Part shown: positions 1-11,731 of the stretch, in pieces
How positions within the stretch are numbered: position 1 is the first letter of the stretch
How the letters are laid out: the number at the start of each line of letters is the position of its first letter
Sequence record: NZ_CP044080.1
Direction: 5' to 3' (one strand)
Source of the DNA: a plasmid
Length of the DNA stretch: 64,000 nt
Notes under the pieces: generated by a model
What the model was told of the DNA's origin: nothing
Seen by the model: only the letters and a program-made list of their open reading frames with translations
Database searches by the model: none
Made by a program: the position numbers and the translations under genes

Positions 1-1
1 G

Positions 2-1096
2 AAATGGTTCAGCCTCGAGGACGTGTTGCGCCTGCGCGACCATTTCGCGGCCGAGGGCGCGGCGGGTCGCGAATACCGCCCCTGGCGCCCCGAGGGGCTG
101 CCGGCCAAGATCCTGGCGGTCGCGAACTTCAAGGGCGGCGTCGGCAAGACCTCGACCGCCGCCCATATCGCCATGTCGGCCGCGCTCGACGGCTACCGGG
201 TGCTGGTCGTGGATCTGGACAGCCAGGGCAGCATGACCTCGATCATGGGGGGCAAGGTGGCCGACGAATGGTCGACCGCCTTTCCGCTGATGGCCAAGGA
301 TTATGCCATGGCGCTTCGGGACGAAAACCAGGTCCGCGAGGCGGCGGGCCAAGCCCCCCTGCCCTTCGACGAGACCCTGACCGAGGCCCTGACCATCTCG
401 GCCCAGGACCTGATCCAGCCCACGCATTGGCCGAACATCGACCTGCTCGGGGCGCAGCTGAACCTCTACTGGGCCGAATTCCAGGTTCCGGTCTGGCGCA
501 TGGGCCTGCGCAGCTGGCCGTTGTGGGACGCGCTTGGCAATGCACTGGTCAACGACGGCATCGTCGACCGCTACGACATCATCATCCTGGATACGCCGCC
601 GGCGCTAGGTTACCTGACGATCAACGCCCTGGCCGCCGCCGACATCCTGCTGGTGCCGCTGGGCGCGTCCTTCCTTGAATTCGACTCGACGGGGCGGTTC
701 TTCGACATGCTCTATTCGACCTTCGCCAGCGTCGAAGAGGGCGAGAACGCCGCCCGCCGGCGCGAGGGCCTGCCCGAGATGCGCTTCGAATGGGATGCGG
801 TGCGCGCCATCATCACCCGCTTCGACGCCGCCCAGCAGACCGACCTGGCCAATGTGATTCAGGCGTATTTCGGCGATTTCATGACCACCTATCGCCAGGA
901 GCTGACCGCCATGGTTGGTCAAGCCGGCGAGCAGGTGAACGGCATCTACGAGGCCGACTACCGCGAGTTCAACCGCGACACCTATGTCCGAGGCCGCGAG
1001 ACCTTCGACCGCACCTGGGCCGAGGTCAAGGAGCTGATCCTGGGCACCTGGTGGCGCGACCTGCAGATGAACGAGAAGGAGCAGGCCAATGGCTAA
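2..1096 (+). CDS. parA: Plasmid-type partition ATPase ParA/RepA, 5' partial (the reading frame is open to the window start)
   Basis: Deviant Walker A motif KGGVGKTS, ParA-family length and motifs; frame continues upstream of the first ATG. Confidence 0.85.
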   Translation, partial: KWFSLEDVLRLRDHFAAEGAAGREYRPWRPEGLPAKILAVANFKGGVGKTSTAAHIAMSAALDGYRVLVVDLDSQGSMTSIMGGKVADEWSTAFPLMAKDYAMALRDENQVREAAGQAPLPFDETLTEALTISAQDLIQPTHWPNIDLLGAQLNLYWAEFQVPVWRMGLRSWPLWDALGNALVNDGIVDRYDIIILDTPPALGYLTINALAAADILLVPLGASFLEFDSTGRFFDMLYSTFASVEEGENAARRREGLPEMRFEWDAVRAIITRFDAAQQTDLANVIQAYFGDFMTTYRQELTAMVGQAGEQVNGIYEADYREFNRDTYVRGRETFDRTWAEVKELILGTWWRDLQMNEKEQANG

Positions 1097-2192
1097 GCGC
1101 AGGCGTCTGGAAACCCCGAGCAGCGCCGATCTGAGCCGGATCGAAGAGCAGTTTCGCAGCGAAACCTCACTGCCGAGCCTTGGGCGGGGGATTGCCCCGA
1201 TTGCCCAGGTGGCGGCGGAAAGCGCCGCCGTCGCTAGCCCGGAAAGCGCCGCCGCGCGGGCGGCACGGGCCAAGGCCGAGGCCGATGCGGCCCGCCTGCA
1301 GGAGGCCGAAACGCGCGGTCTGCTGATCGCCGAACTGCCGATCGACCAGATCGACGAGGCCGCGATGATCCGCGACCGCATGGTCATGACCGAGGAGGAT
1401 ATGCAGGAACTGCGCTTGTCCATCGCCGCCCATGGCCTGCGGCTGCCGATCGAGGTGTTCGAGACGGGCGAGGGTACGCCGCCGCGCTATGGGCTGCTCT
1501 CGGGCTATCGCCGGCTGCACGCCGTCCGGGCGCTCCATGCGCTGACCGGCGACGACCGCTATGCCCGCATCCGCGCCCTGATCCGCCCCCGGGCCGAGGC
1601 GGACGCCGCCTTCGTCCTGATGGTCGAGGAGAACGAGGTCCGCGAGGAGCTGAGCCATTTCGAACGTGGCCGCATCGCCGTCATCGCCGCGAACCAGGGC
1701 GCCTTCGCTAACACCGAGGACGCGGTCAACAAGCTTTTCGCCAGCGGCTCGAAGGCCAAGCGATCGAAGGTCCGCTCCTTCGCGCTGATCTTCGAGGAGC
1801 TGGGCGACATGCTGCGATTCCCCGAGGCGCTGACCGAACGCCGGGGGCTGCGCCTGTCGACGGCCCTGCGCGGCGGGGCCGAGACCCGCATCCGCCAGGC
1901 CCTGTCCGTGGCCGACCCCGAGGATGCCGAGGAGGAATGGCAGCTGATCGAGGCGGTGCTGGAGGCGGCCGAGGTCCGGCCGCGCGATCCGTCCCGCGGC
2001 GGCCGGCCCAAGGCGCGCGTCCCGCCGCAGGTCGGCTGGCTGGACGACGTGACCATCCGCACCACCAGCGGCATTACCATCCGCCGCGGGAAAGAGGGCA
2101 GGGCCCATGTCCTGCGGCTTGAGGGCGAGCCCCTGCACGACGAACTGATGGACATGCTGATGGTTCACATCCGCTCGGTCCTGGAGCGCTGA
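1089..2192 (+). CDS. parB: Partition protein ParB/RepB
   Basis: ParB-like N-terminal domain; 8-bp overlap with parA typical of parAB/repAB operons. Confidence 0.8.
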   Translation: MAKRRRLETPSSADLSRIEEQFRSETSLPSLGRGIAPIAQVAAESAAVASPESAAARAARAKAEADAARLQEAETRGLLIAELPIDQIDEAAMIRDRMVMTEEDMQELRLSIAAHGLRLPIEVFETGEGTPPRYGLLSGYRRLHAVRALHALTGDDRYARIRALIRPRAEADAAFVLMVEENEVREELSHFERGRIAVIAANQGAFANTEDAVNKLFASGSKAKRSKVRSFALIFEELGDMLRFPEALTERRGLRLSTALRGGAETRIRQALSVADPEDAEEEWQLIEAVLEAAEVRPRDPSRGGRPKARVPPQVGWLDDVTIRTTSGITIRRGKEGRAHVLRLEGEPLHDELMDMLMVHIRSVLER

Positions 2193-2209
2193 GGTTTCGC
2201 CGCGAAACC
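2193..2209. other. Perfect palindrome GGTTTCGC-C-GCGAAACC immediately after the parB stop; candidate parS-like centromere site
   Basis: 8-bp inverted arms read directly; resembles the chromosomal parS core GTTTCAC/GTGAAAC. Confidence 0.35.
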
Positions 2210-2308
2210 CTGCGCCCGCCCTGTTTTCCCTTGCGAATCCGGGACGGGCGCTGTCATCTGGGCGGGGCCCGGGCGATTCCCGGGGCAGAAGGACGGAGGG
2301 CTTGGACG

Positions 2309-3391
2309 ATGGCAGCACAAGGCACCAGGACGACCGAGGGCCGAGGCCGGCTTTACGACAGCATCCTGGACACGGTGGGCAACACGCCCGTGGTGCGGAT
2401 CAACAACCTGGCGCCCGAGGGGGTCAGGATTTATGTCAAATGCGAGTTCTTCAACCCGGCCGCCTCGGTCAAGGACCGGCTGGCGCTGAACATCATCGAA
2501 GAGGCCGAACGTTCGGGCGCGCTGAAGCCGGGCCAGACCGTGGTCGAGGCGACCAGCGGCAACACCGGCATCGGGCTGGCCATGGTCTGCGCGCAAAAGG
2601 GCTATCCGCTGGTCGTGACCATGGCCGAGAGCTTTTCGGTCGAGCGTCGGCGGCTGATGCGGATGCTGGGGGCCAAGGTGGTGCTGACGCCTAAGGCCGA
2701 AAAGGGCACCGGCATGTATGCCAAGGCGGTGGAACTGGCCGAGGCGCATGGCTGGTTCCTGGCCCACCAGTTCGAGACACCGGCCAATGCCGATATCCAC
2801 GAGACCACGACCGCACGGGAAATCATCAATGATTTCAAGGATGAAAGGCTCGATTACGTGGTCACGGGCTATGGCACGGGCGGCACGGTCACGGGGCTGG
2901 GCCGGGTCCTGCGCCGCGAGCGCCCCGAAACCCGGATCGTGCTGACCGAGCCCGCGAACGCCGCCCTGGTGTCCAGCGGCACGCCGCAGCAGCGCGGGCC
3001 CGATCATGCGCCGGCCGGAAGCCACCCGGCCTTCGAGCCGCATCCGATCCAGGGCTGGACCCCCGACTTCATTCCCTATGTCCTGCAGGAGACCCTGGAT
3101 TCGGGTACCTATGACACGCTGGTCACGGTGCCGGGGGCCGAGGGTATCGCCTGGGCCAGGCAGCTTGCCGCGCGCGAGGGCATCCTGACCGGCATCTCGG
3201 GCGGGGCGACCTTTGCCGTCGCCATGCGCATCGCCGAAGGGGCCGAGCCGGGCGCAACCATTCTGGCCATGCTGCCCGACACCGGGGAACGCTATCTCTC
3301 GACGCCCCTGTTCCAGGATATCGGCGAGGACATGGACGACGCGGAACGGGCGCTTTCGGAATTGACGCCCGGATACCGCATGGGGGCATAG
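2309..3391 (+). CDS. cysK: Cysteine synthase (O-acetylserine sulfhydrylase), PLP-dependent, with a C-terminal extension of about 35 aa
   Basis: Motifs [11 protein letters not shown] and [10 protein letters not shown]; start chosen at the internal ATG at 2309. Confidence 0.85.
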   Translation: MAAQGTRTTEGRGRLYDSILDTVGNTPVVRINNLAPEGVRIYVKCEFFNPAASVKDRLALNIIEEAERSGALKPGQTVVEATSGNTGIGLAMVCAQKGYPLVVTMAESFSVERRRLMRMLGAKVVLTPKAEKGTGMYAKAVELAEAHGWFLAHQFETPANADIHETTTAREIINDFKDERLDYVVTGYGTGGTVTGLGRVLRRERPETRIVLTEPANAALVSSGTPQQRGPDHAPAGSHPAFEPHPIQGWTPDFIPYVLQETLDSGTYDTLVTVPGAEGIAWARQLAAREGILTGISGGATFAVAMRIAEGAEPGATILAMLPDTGERYLSTPLFQDIGEDMDDAERALSELTPGYRMGA

Positions 3392-3471
3392 CGCCGGGGC
3401 AGGGCGGTGGAACACGCCTTGGCTTTCTGCTAACCCCGGCCGCGACGGCGACGGCGACGGCAGGGGACGGC

Positions 3472-4143
3472 ATGGACGGGTTCGACGAGATCTTGCGGCG
3501 GCGGCGTTCGTGCCGGGCGTTCCGGCCGGGTGCGGTGCCGCGCGCGACCATCGAGGAGATCCTGCGCCTGGCCCGGACCGCGCCCAGCGGTGCGAACCTG
3601 CAACCGGGCCGCTTCCATGTGCTGGCGGGCGCGGCGCTGGCCGGGCTGGTGGCGGGCCTTGAGGCGGCCATCGCGGCCGGAACCCCTGAAAGCAAGGAAT
3701 ACGGCTGGTTCCCCGAACCGATGCCGCCCGTGCTGAAGGCGCGGCAGCGCGCGGCGGGCCATGCGCTCTATCGTGCGCTGGGGATCGAGCGGCGCGACCT
3801 GGAGGGACGGCGGCGCCAGTTCCGGCGCAACTATGCCTTTTTCGGGGCGCCGGTCGGGGTGGTCGTGACGATCGACCGACGCATGGGCCCAGGCGGATTC
3901 ATGGACCTGGGGATGAGCCTGATGGCGCTGCTGCTGGCGGCCGAGGCGCGGGGTCTGGGCGCGACCGGCATCGGCGCGCTGGCGAATTACGGGCCGCAGG
4001 TCCACGCCCTGCTGGACCTGCCCGAGAATGAGATGGTGGTCTGCGGCGTGGCGCTTGGCTGGCCCGACCGCGACGCGCCGGAAAACGCGCTGCGCACCGA
4101 ACGCGCGGCGCTGGAGGAATACGCCACCTTCCGGGGGCTCTAG
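3472..4143 (+). CDS. Nitroreductase family protein
   Basis: N-terminal RRSCRAF motif typical of NfsB/NfnB-like FMN nitroreductases. Confidence 0.7.
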   Translation: MDGFDEILRRRRSCRAFRPGAVPRATIEEILRLARTAPSGANLQPGRFHVLAGAALAGLVAGLEAAIAAGTPESKEYGWFPEPMPPVLKARQRAAGHALYRALGIERRDLEGRRRQFRRNYAFFGAPVGVVVTIDRRMGPGGFMDLGMSLMALLLAAEARGLGATGIGALANYGPQVHALLDLPENEMVVCGVALGWPDRDAPENALRTERAALEEYATFRGL

Positions 4144-5237
4144 CGCTGCATCACCAGCGCGCTGCCAAGGCCGCCCGCGGCGGCGATGGCGGCAAGGCCG
4201 CGCTGGCCCGGGCGCAGGTCGTGAAACAGCCGCACCGCGTTCACCGCACCCGAGGCGCCGATGGGATGGCCGCGCGCGAGCGCCCCGCCGCCCCGGTTGA
4301 TGCGGTCGGCGGGCAGGCCGGCCAGATCGGCGCAGGCCATGGCCTGGATGGCAAAGGCCTCCATCAGCTCCACGGCGTCAAGGTCGGCGGGCGTCAGTCC
4401 GGCCTGGGCCAGGGCCGCGCGGATCGCGGGGACGGGGGCCAGGCCCGGCCATTCGGGATCGGCCCCGAGGCTGGCCGCGCCGAGGATGCGGGCCCCTTGC
4501 AGGCCCAGGCGGCGGGCGAGGGCGTCCGAGACCAGCAGGCAGAAGGCCGCGCCATCGGCGGCGACAGCGGTGTTGGCGGCGCTGACGCTGCCGGCAAGCG
4601 CCGGCGCGCGGGCGGCGAGGCGCGGGGTCAGGGCGCGGGCATAGGGGTCGCGGGCGACGCCCCCGATGGGCACGAGGCCGGGGCAGGGGGGTGCGGCCCG
4701 GGCGCGGGCGTGGCTGGCCACGGCCCAGGCGTCCTGCGCCGCGCGCGGGATACTGAGGTCGCGGGCGATGGCATGGGCCGCCTCGGCCATGCCGGGGTCG
4801 CGGTCGGGCCAAGGCGTGAAGGGCGGCTGGTCATAGGGCACGGCCGGGCCACCGTCCGGGTCGCCGCGCAGCCGCAGCGGGCGGCGCGAGTAGCTTTCGG
4901 CCCCGCCGGCGATGACGGCCTGATGGCGGCCCGCGCGGATCAGCGCCTCGGCCAGCAGGATCGCGTCGAGCCCGCCGCAGCATTGCCGGTCGATGCTGAG
5001 CCCGCCGACCGTGACCGGCAGCCCGGCGGCGAGGGCGGCCAGGCGCGCGGGATTGCCGCCGCCGCCAAGCGCGTTCGACAGGATCAACTCGTCCACCCCG
5101 TCGGGCGGCAGGCCCGCGTCGGCCAGCAGCGCGGCGACGACCGGGGCGGCGAGATCGTGGGGTTCCAGCCGCGCGAGCGCGCCGCCGCGCGGGGCGACGG
5201 GGCTGCGGCGGGCGGCGACGATCCGCGCGCCGGTCAT
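4140..5237 (-). CDS. Thiolase family protein (acetyl-CoA C-acyltransferase-like), 366 aa
   Basis: C-terminal thiolase signature GHPIGASGA and a catalytic Cys region; the ATGA start overlaps the stop of the upstream ligase. Confidence 0.75.
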   Translation of the reverse strand: MTGARIVAARRSPVAPRGGALARLEPHDLAAPVVAALLADAGLPPDGVDELILSNALGGGGNPARLAALAAGLPVTVGGLSIDRQCCGGLDAILLAEALIRAGRHQAVIAGGAESYSRRPLRLRGDPDGGPAVPYDQPPFTPWPDRDPGMAEAAHAIARDLSIPRAAQDAWAVASHARARAAPPCPGLVPIGGVARDPYARALTPRLAARAPALAGSVSAANTAVAADGAAFCLLVSDALARRLGLQGARILGAASLGADPEWPGLAPVPAIRAALAQAGLTPADLDAVELMEAFAIQAMACADLAGLPADRINRGGGALARGHPIGASGAVNAVRLFHDLRPGQRGLAAIAAAGGLGSALVMQR

Positions 5238-6379
5238 GGCGCAACGCACAGCCGGGCCAGCGCCGCGAGATCGGGCTTGTCCGAGGCGAGCATCGGCAGG
5301 CTGGCGACAAAGACGATGCGGCGCGGTGCGGCATGATCGCCCAGCGTCTCGCGGCAGGCGCGGCGCAGGCGGGCGGCCAGCGCGTCGTCGGGCGGCCCCT
5401 GGACCACCGCCAGGACCGCCATGCCGCGCCGGGGATCGGGCAGGGCAAGGGCCACCGACAGGGGCGCGCCGTGGGCGGCCAGCACCGCCTCGACATCTTC
5501 CAGCGACAGGGTGCGGTCGAGCGTGGTGATGCGCCGGCTTTGACGGCCGTGCAGGATCAGGTTGCCGTGGGGGTCGAGGGTGCCGAGGTCTCCGGTCGCC
5601 ATGAAGGTGCCGTCGCGGGTCGGGGGCGGCAGGTCGGGTTCGGCATAGCCCTGGGCCAGATAGGGGCTGGCGACCCAGATCGCGCCGTCGGGGTCGATGC
5701 GGATCTGGACGCCGGGATAGGCGCGGCCGACCGAGCCCGGCGGCGTGTCCGCGTCGGCGAGCGCGATGAAGCTGGTTTCGGAGGCGCCGTAGAAGACGCG
5801 CAGCTGCGCCTGCGGGCAAAGGGCGCGGGCGGCGTCGCGCGTGGCGCCGTCCAGCCGGCCGCCGCCGCACAGGATGTGGCGCAGATCGGGCAGGGTGCCG
5901 CCGGCCAGCGCCAGCCGGTGCAGTTGCGCGGGCGTGGCGTAAAGCACCGTCGCCCGGGCCAGCGCGCGCATCTGGGTGCGGGGGCTGTCGCCCGCCAGCA
6001 CCATGAGGCCGGCGCCAAGGTGCAGCGCCTCGATCGCGGCGTAAAGCGACAGGGAGTGGCCGAGGTGACCCAGGGTCGCGTAGCGGTCGCCGGGGGTGAT
6101 GGCGAAGGCGTCTCGGTTGACGCGGAAGCTGGCGATCCAGGACGCCTGGCTGCGCCGGATCGTTTTGACGCGCCCGGTGCTGCCCGAGCTTTGGCAGAAC
6201 AGCATCCCCGGCGGGCCCGGCGCGGGGCGGATCGGCTGGGGGTCTTGGGTCGCAAGGATGGATTGGCCCCGCGTCAAGCCGTCGATCAGCGCGGCGACGA
6301 CCGGGGCGTTCTGGGACCGCGCCCCGGTGCCGATGATCTGGTCGGGCCGGGGTGCGGCAAAGCGGTCGTCGCCGGTCAC
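5234..6379 (-). CDS. Short AMP-dependent synthetase/ligase (acyl-CoA ligase-like, about 381 aa)
   Basis: SSGSTG adenylation motif, TGD motif, C-terminal ligase domain; 4-bp overlaps with both neighbours. Confidence 0.7.
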   Translation of the reverse strand: MTGDDRFAAPRPDQIIGTGARSQNAPVVAALIDGLTRGQSILATQDPQPIRPAPGPPGMLFCQSSGSTGRVKTIRRSQASWIASFRVNRDAFAITPGDRYATLGHLGHSLSLYAAIEALHLGAGLMVLAGDSPRTQMRALARATVLYATPAQLHRLALAGGTLPDLRHILCGGGRLDGATRDAARALCPQAQLRVFYGASETSFIALADADTPPGSVGRAYPGVQIRIDPDGAIWVASPYLAQGYAEPDLPPPTRDGTFMATGDLGTLDPHGNLILHGRQSRRITTLDRTLSLEDVEAVLAAHGAPLSVALALPDPRRGMAVLAVVQGPPDDALAARLRRACRETLGDHAAPRRIVFVASLPMLASDKPDLAALARLCVAP

Positions 6380-6927
6380 GCCGGGCGGTGCCAGGCCAGG
6401 CTTTGCGGCCGGACCCGGGCGATGGCCTGCACGAGCATGCCGCAGATCGCGGCCTTCAAGAGATCGCCCGGGATGAAGACCGCGACCAGCGCGAAGGCCT
6501 GTCCCAGCGGCTTGCCCGTGACCAGCGCAAGGCCGGTGGCGCCCATCAGGTAGAGGACTGCGATGCCGCCGAAGACCGCGCCGAGCCCCGCCGCAAGGCC
6601 GGCCGGGCGCAGGCGCATGCGTTCGACGAAAAGCCCGGTGGCAAAGGCCGCGACCGGAAAGCCGAGCGCGAAGCCCGCGGTGGGCGAGGCAAAAACCCCG
6701 AGCCCGCCGCGCCCGCCCGCGAGCAGCGGCAGGCCGAGCGCGACCAGCAGGATGAAGACCCCCGCCGCCATCGCGCCGCGCCGCGCGCCCAGCACCGCGC
6801 CCGCCAGCATGACGCCCAGCGTCTGCGCGGTGATCGGCACGCCGAAGGCCAGCGTGATCTGCGGGACAAGCCCCAGCGCCGCGATCATGGCGGCGAAAAG
6901 GGCGATATGGGCGGCGTCGCGTTCCAT
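6376..6927 (-). CDS. bioY: Biotin transporter BioY (energy-coupling-factor S component)
   Basis: About 183-aa polytopic membrane protein with a BioY-like sequence; this is the C-terminal part of a spurious 906-aa ORF. Confidence 0.8.
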   Translation of the reverse strand: MERDAAHIALFAAMIAALGLVPQITLAFGVPITAQTLGVMLAGAVLGARRGAMAAGVFILLVALGLPLLAGGRGGLGVFASPTAGFALGFPVAAFATGLFVERMRLRPAGLAAGLGAVFGGIAVLYLMGATGLALVTGKPLGQAFALVAVFIPGDLLKAAICGMLVQAIARVRPQSLAWHRPA

Positions 6928-6989
6928 GCGGGCACTCTCCTGATGCGTTCGCGCGCGATATTGGCGCGGGGCGCGCGGGCCGTCCAGCG

Positions 6990-8003
6990 CTATGGCGGGG
7001 GGGCGGTCGTTTCGCGCAGCATGAGTTCGGGGGCGAGCAGCGTCAGGGGGGCGACGGCGCGTCCCTCGATGCGGTCGAGGATGGTGCGGGCGGCCTGGCG
7101 GCCAAGCTCGCGCTTTGGCTGGCGCACGGTGGTCAGCGCGGGCGCGAGATGCGAGACCAGCTCGATGTCGTCGAAGCCCACGATCGAGACCTGCGCGGGC
7201 ACGGACAGGCCGTGGCGCTGCAACTCGGCGAGGAAGGCGCAGGCCATCTCGTCGGAAAAGGCGAAGACGGCGGCGGGGCGGTTGGCGGGGGCCAGCGCCA
7301 GCCAGGCGCGGGCGGCGGCGCGGCCCGATTGCATCGAGAAATCGCCCGGGAATTCGGTCACGCGCAGGCCGCGCGCCGCTTGCAGCGCGCCGATGCGGCG
7401 GGCGCGGTGCAGGACGTTGTCCGGTGGCCCGCCGACCAGCCCGAGGTCGCGGTGGCCGAGGCCGCGCAGGTGCGCGACCGCCATCGCCGCGCCCTGGCGG
7501 TTGTCCAGCATGATGCGGGGCAGGCTGGCCCCCTTGATCCATTCGCAGGCGGTGACGACCGGGGGCGCATCCGGGTCGGCCAGCGCGTCGAGCGAGACAT
7601 GCCCGTCCAGCAGGATGATCCCGTCGGCGCGCGAGGCGTCCAGATGCCGGGCCAGCGCCCGGTCGCGGCCCTGGCCGTCCAGCGTGTCGGCGACCAGCAG
7701 GTCGTAGCCGGCGCCGGCCAGTTCGCGGCTCATGCCTTCGAGGATCTTGGCGAAGAAGGGGTTGCCGAGGTTCGGGACCAGCGCCACCACGCTGCCGGTG
7801 CGGCCCTTGCGCAGGTTGCGCGCGGCGTGGTTCACCCGGTAGCCGGTCGCGGCGACCGCCGCCATCACCGCATCGCGGGTGGCATGGGCCACCACCTCGG
7901 GGCGCGAGAGCACGCGGCTGACGGTCGAGGCCGAGACCCCCGCAAGCCGCGCCACATCCGCCAGTCTTGCCCGGACGCCCGCCTTGTCCACAGCCTTTTC
8001 CAT
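6990..8003 (-). CDS. LacI family transcriptional regulator
   Basis: N-terminal HTH LADVARLAGVSASTVSRVL and a periplasmic-binding-like sugar domain; start at the internal ATG. Confidence 0.8.
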   Translation of the reverse strand: MEKAVDKAGVRARLADVARLAGVSASTVSRVLSRPEVVAHATRDAVMAAVAATGYRVNHAARNLRKGRTGSVVALVPNLGNPFFAKILEGMSRELAGAGYDLLVADTLDGQGRDRALARHLDASRADGIILLDGHVSLDALADPDAPPVVTACEWIKGASLPRIMLDNRQGAAMAVAHLRGLGHRDLGLVGGPPDNVLHRARRIGALQAARGLRVTEFPGDFSMQSGRAAARAWLALAPANRPAAVFAFSDEMACAFLAELQRHGLSVPAQVSIVGFDDIELVSHLAPALTTVRQPKRELGRQAARTILDRIEGRAVAPLTLLAPELMLRETTAPPP

Positions 8004-8109
8004 CGCGCCACAGTAGGGCCCCGCGCGGGCCCCGGCAAGCCGTCGCAGAGAGCGCTTGCAAACGATTGCAGGGCAGGGCAGGCTGCGTTCCGGGAGAGGG
8101 GAGATTCCG

Positions 8110-9162
8110 ATGCGGACCATCAAGGGGCCTGCGCTGTTCCTGGCGCAGTTCATCGGCGACAGCGCACCGTTCGACAGCTGGGATGGCATCACCCGCTGGG
8201 CGGCCGAGCAGGGCTATCTGGGCGTGCAGGTGCCGACCCATGACGCGCGCATCCTGGACCTGGACCGGGCCGAGGCATCGCAGGATTACCGCGACGAATT
8301 CCTGGGCGTGGCGCAGGCGAACGGCGTTGCCGTGACCGAGCTTTCGACCCATCTGCAAGGCCAGCTGGTCGCCGTGCATCCGGCCTATGACGCGGGCTTC
8401 GACGCCTTTGCGCCAGAGGCCCTGCGCGGCCGGCCGGGCGCGCGGCAGGAATGGGCGGTGGGGCAGGTGGCCCGCGCGATCCGGGTCAGCCGGATGCTGG
8501 GGCTGGACCGGATGGCCACGTTTTCGGGGGCGCTGGCCTGGCCCTATCTGTATCCCTGGCCGCAGCGCGCGCCGGGGCTGGTCGAGGCCGCCTTCGACAC
8601 GCTGGCGGCGCGCTGGCGTCCGCTGCTGGACCTGGCCGAGGAAAACGGCGTCGATGTCTGCTATGAGATCCATCCGGGCGAGGACCTGCACGACGGCGTG
8701 ACCTTCGAGATGTTCCTTGAGCGGGTGGGCGGCCACGCCCGCGCGAACATGCTCTACGACCCCTCGCATTACGTGTTGCAGCAGCTGGATTATCTGGCGA
8801 ACATCGACATTTACCGCGACCGCATCCGCATGTTCCACGTCAAGGATGCCGAGTTCCGGCCTTCGGGGCGGCAGGGCGTTTACGGCGGGTTCCAGAACTG
8901 GGTCGACCGGGCGGGCCGGTTCCGCAGCCCCGGCGACGGGCAGGTGGATTTCGGCGCGGTGTTTTCCAGGCTGACGCAATACGGCTTTGACGGCTGGGCC
9001 GTGGTCGAATGGGAATGTGCGCTGAAGCACCCCGAGGACGGCGCGCGCGAGGGCGCGGCATTCGTGCGCGACCACATCATCCGGGTGACGCCGCATGCCT
9101 TCGACGATTTCGCGGCCAGTGGCGTGGACCGCGCCGCCATCGACCGGGCGCTGGGGCTATGA
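8110..9162 (+). CDS. Sugar phosphate isomerase/epimerase (xylose isomerase-like TIM barrel)
   Basis: Family-like sequence; divergent from the LacI gene. Confidence 0.65.
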   Translation: MRTIKGPALFLAQFIGDSAPFDSWDGITRWAAEQGYLGVQVPTHDARILDLDRAEASQDYRDEFLGVAQANGVAVTELSTHLQGQLVAVHPAYDAGFDAFAPEALRGRPGARQEWAVGQVARAIRVSRMLGLDRMATFSGALAWPYLYPWPQRAPGLVEAAFDTLAARWRPLLDLAEENGVDVCYEIHPGEDLHDGVTFEMFLERVGGHARANMLYDPSHYVLQQLDYLANIDIYRDRIRMFHVKDAEFRPSGRQGVYGGFQNWVDRAGRFRSPGDGQVDFGAVFSRLTQYGFDGWAVVEWECALKHPEDGAREGAAFVRDHIIRVTPHAFDDFAASGVDRAAIDRALGL

Positions 9163-10249
9163 CGCCGATCCGCCTGGGGATGGTCGGCGGCGGCAGCGGG
9201 GCCTTTATCGGCGGGGTCCACCGCATCGCCGCACGCATGGACGGGCATTTCACGCTGGTCGCGGGCGCGCTGAGCAGCGATCCGGGCCGCGCGCAGGCCA
9301 GCGCGGCAGAGCTGGGCATCCGGTCCTATGACGATTTCGCCGAAATGGCGCGGGTCGAGGCGGCGCGCGACGACGGGGTGCAGGCGGTCAGCATCGTGAC
9401 GCCGAACCACATGCACGCGGGCCCCGCCGTGGCCTTCCTGCGCGCGGGCATCCATGTGATCTGCGACAAGCCGCTGGCCGCGACGGCCGAGCAGGCGGCG
9501 GCCATCGCCGAGGCCGCGCAGGCCAGCGGCGCGCGGTTCTTTCTGACGCACAATTACAGCGCCCTGCCCATGGTGCGCGAGGCGCGCGCGCAGGTGGCGG
9601 GGGGCGCGCTGGGGCAGGTCCGGCTGGTGCAGGCGGATTATCTGCAGGGCTGGCTGGCGGACGATCTGAAGAGCAAGCAGGCCGAATGGCGCACCGATCC
9701 GGCGCAGGCCGGGGCGGGCGCGCTTGGCGATATCGGGACGCACGCCTGGCAGCTGGCGGCGTTCGTGACGGGCGAGACACCCGCGCAGGTCTCGGCGCAG
9801 CTGTCCAGCATGGTGCCGGGGCGGCCGATCGACGACGACGCGCGGGTGGCCTTGCGCTATGCCTCGGGCGCGCGGGGCGGGATCTGGGCCAGCCAGGTCG
9901 CTGTGGGCCAGGAAAACGCGCTGTCGCTGCGGGTCTTTGGCACCGAGGGCGGGCTGGAATGGCGGCTCGACGCCAGCGAGCGGCTGGTGATCTGGCCCAA
10001 GGACGGGCCGGCGCGGGTGCTGACGCGGGCGCAGGACCGATCCGGGTCGTTCCGCACCCCGCCCGGCCACCCCGAGGGCTATCTGGAGGGGTTCGCGAAC
10101 CTTTACAGCGACATCGCCGCGATCATCCGCGGCGACGCGGGGCCGCTGGACCGCGTGCCGGGCCTGCGCGACGGGCTGTCGGGCATGGGCTTCATCGCGG
10201 CGGCGCAGGCGTCCTCGGCGCGGGACGGGGCCTGGGTCGAGGTGGCGCC

Positions 10250-10253
<4 letters not shown>
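9159..10253 (+). CDS. Gfo/Idh/MocA family oxidoreductase
   Basis: N-terminal Rossmann motif LGMVGGGSGAFIG; ATGA overlap with the upstream gene. Confidence 0.8.

Positions 10254-11727
<1,474 letters not shown>

Positions 11728-11731
<4 letters not shown>

Noticed and set aside
4-678. Plus-strand ORF in the parA region
   Set aside because: Alternative frame of parA with no ATPase motifs.
6376-9096. 906-aa minus-strand ORF
   Set aside because: Only its last 183 codons, 6376-6927, encode BioY. The rest is Arg/Pro/Gly-rich antisense read-through of LacI, the isomerase and neighbouring genes in GC-rich DNA.
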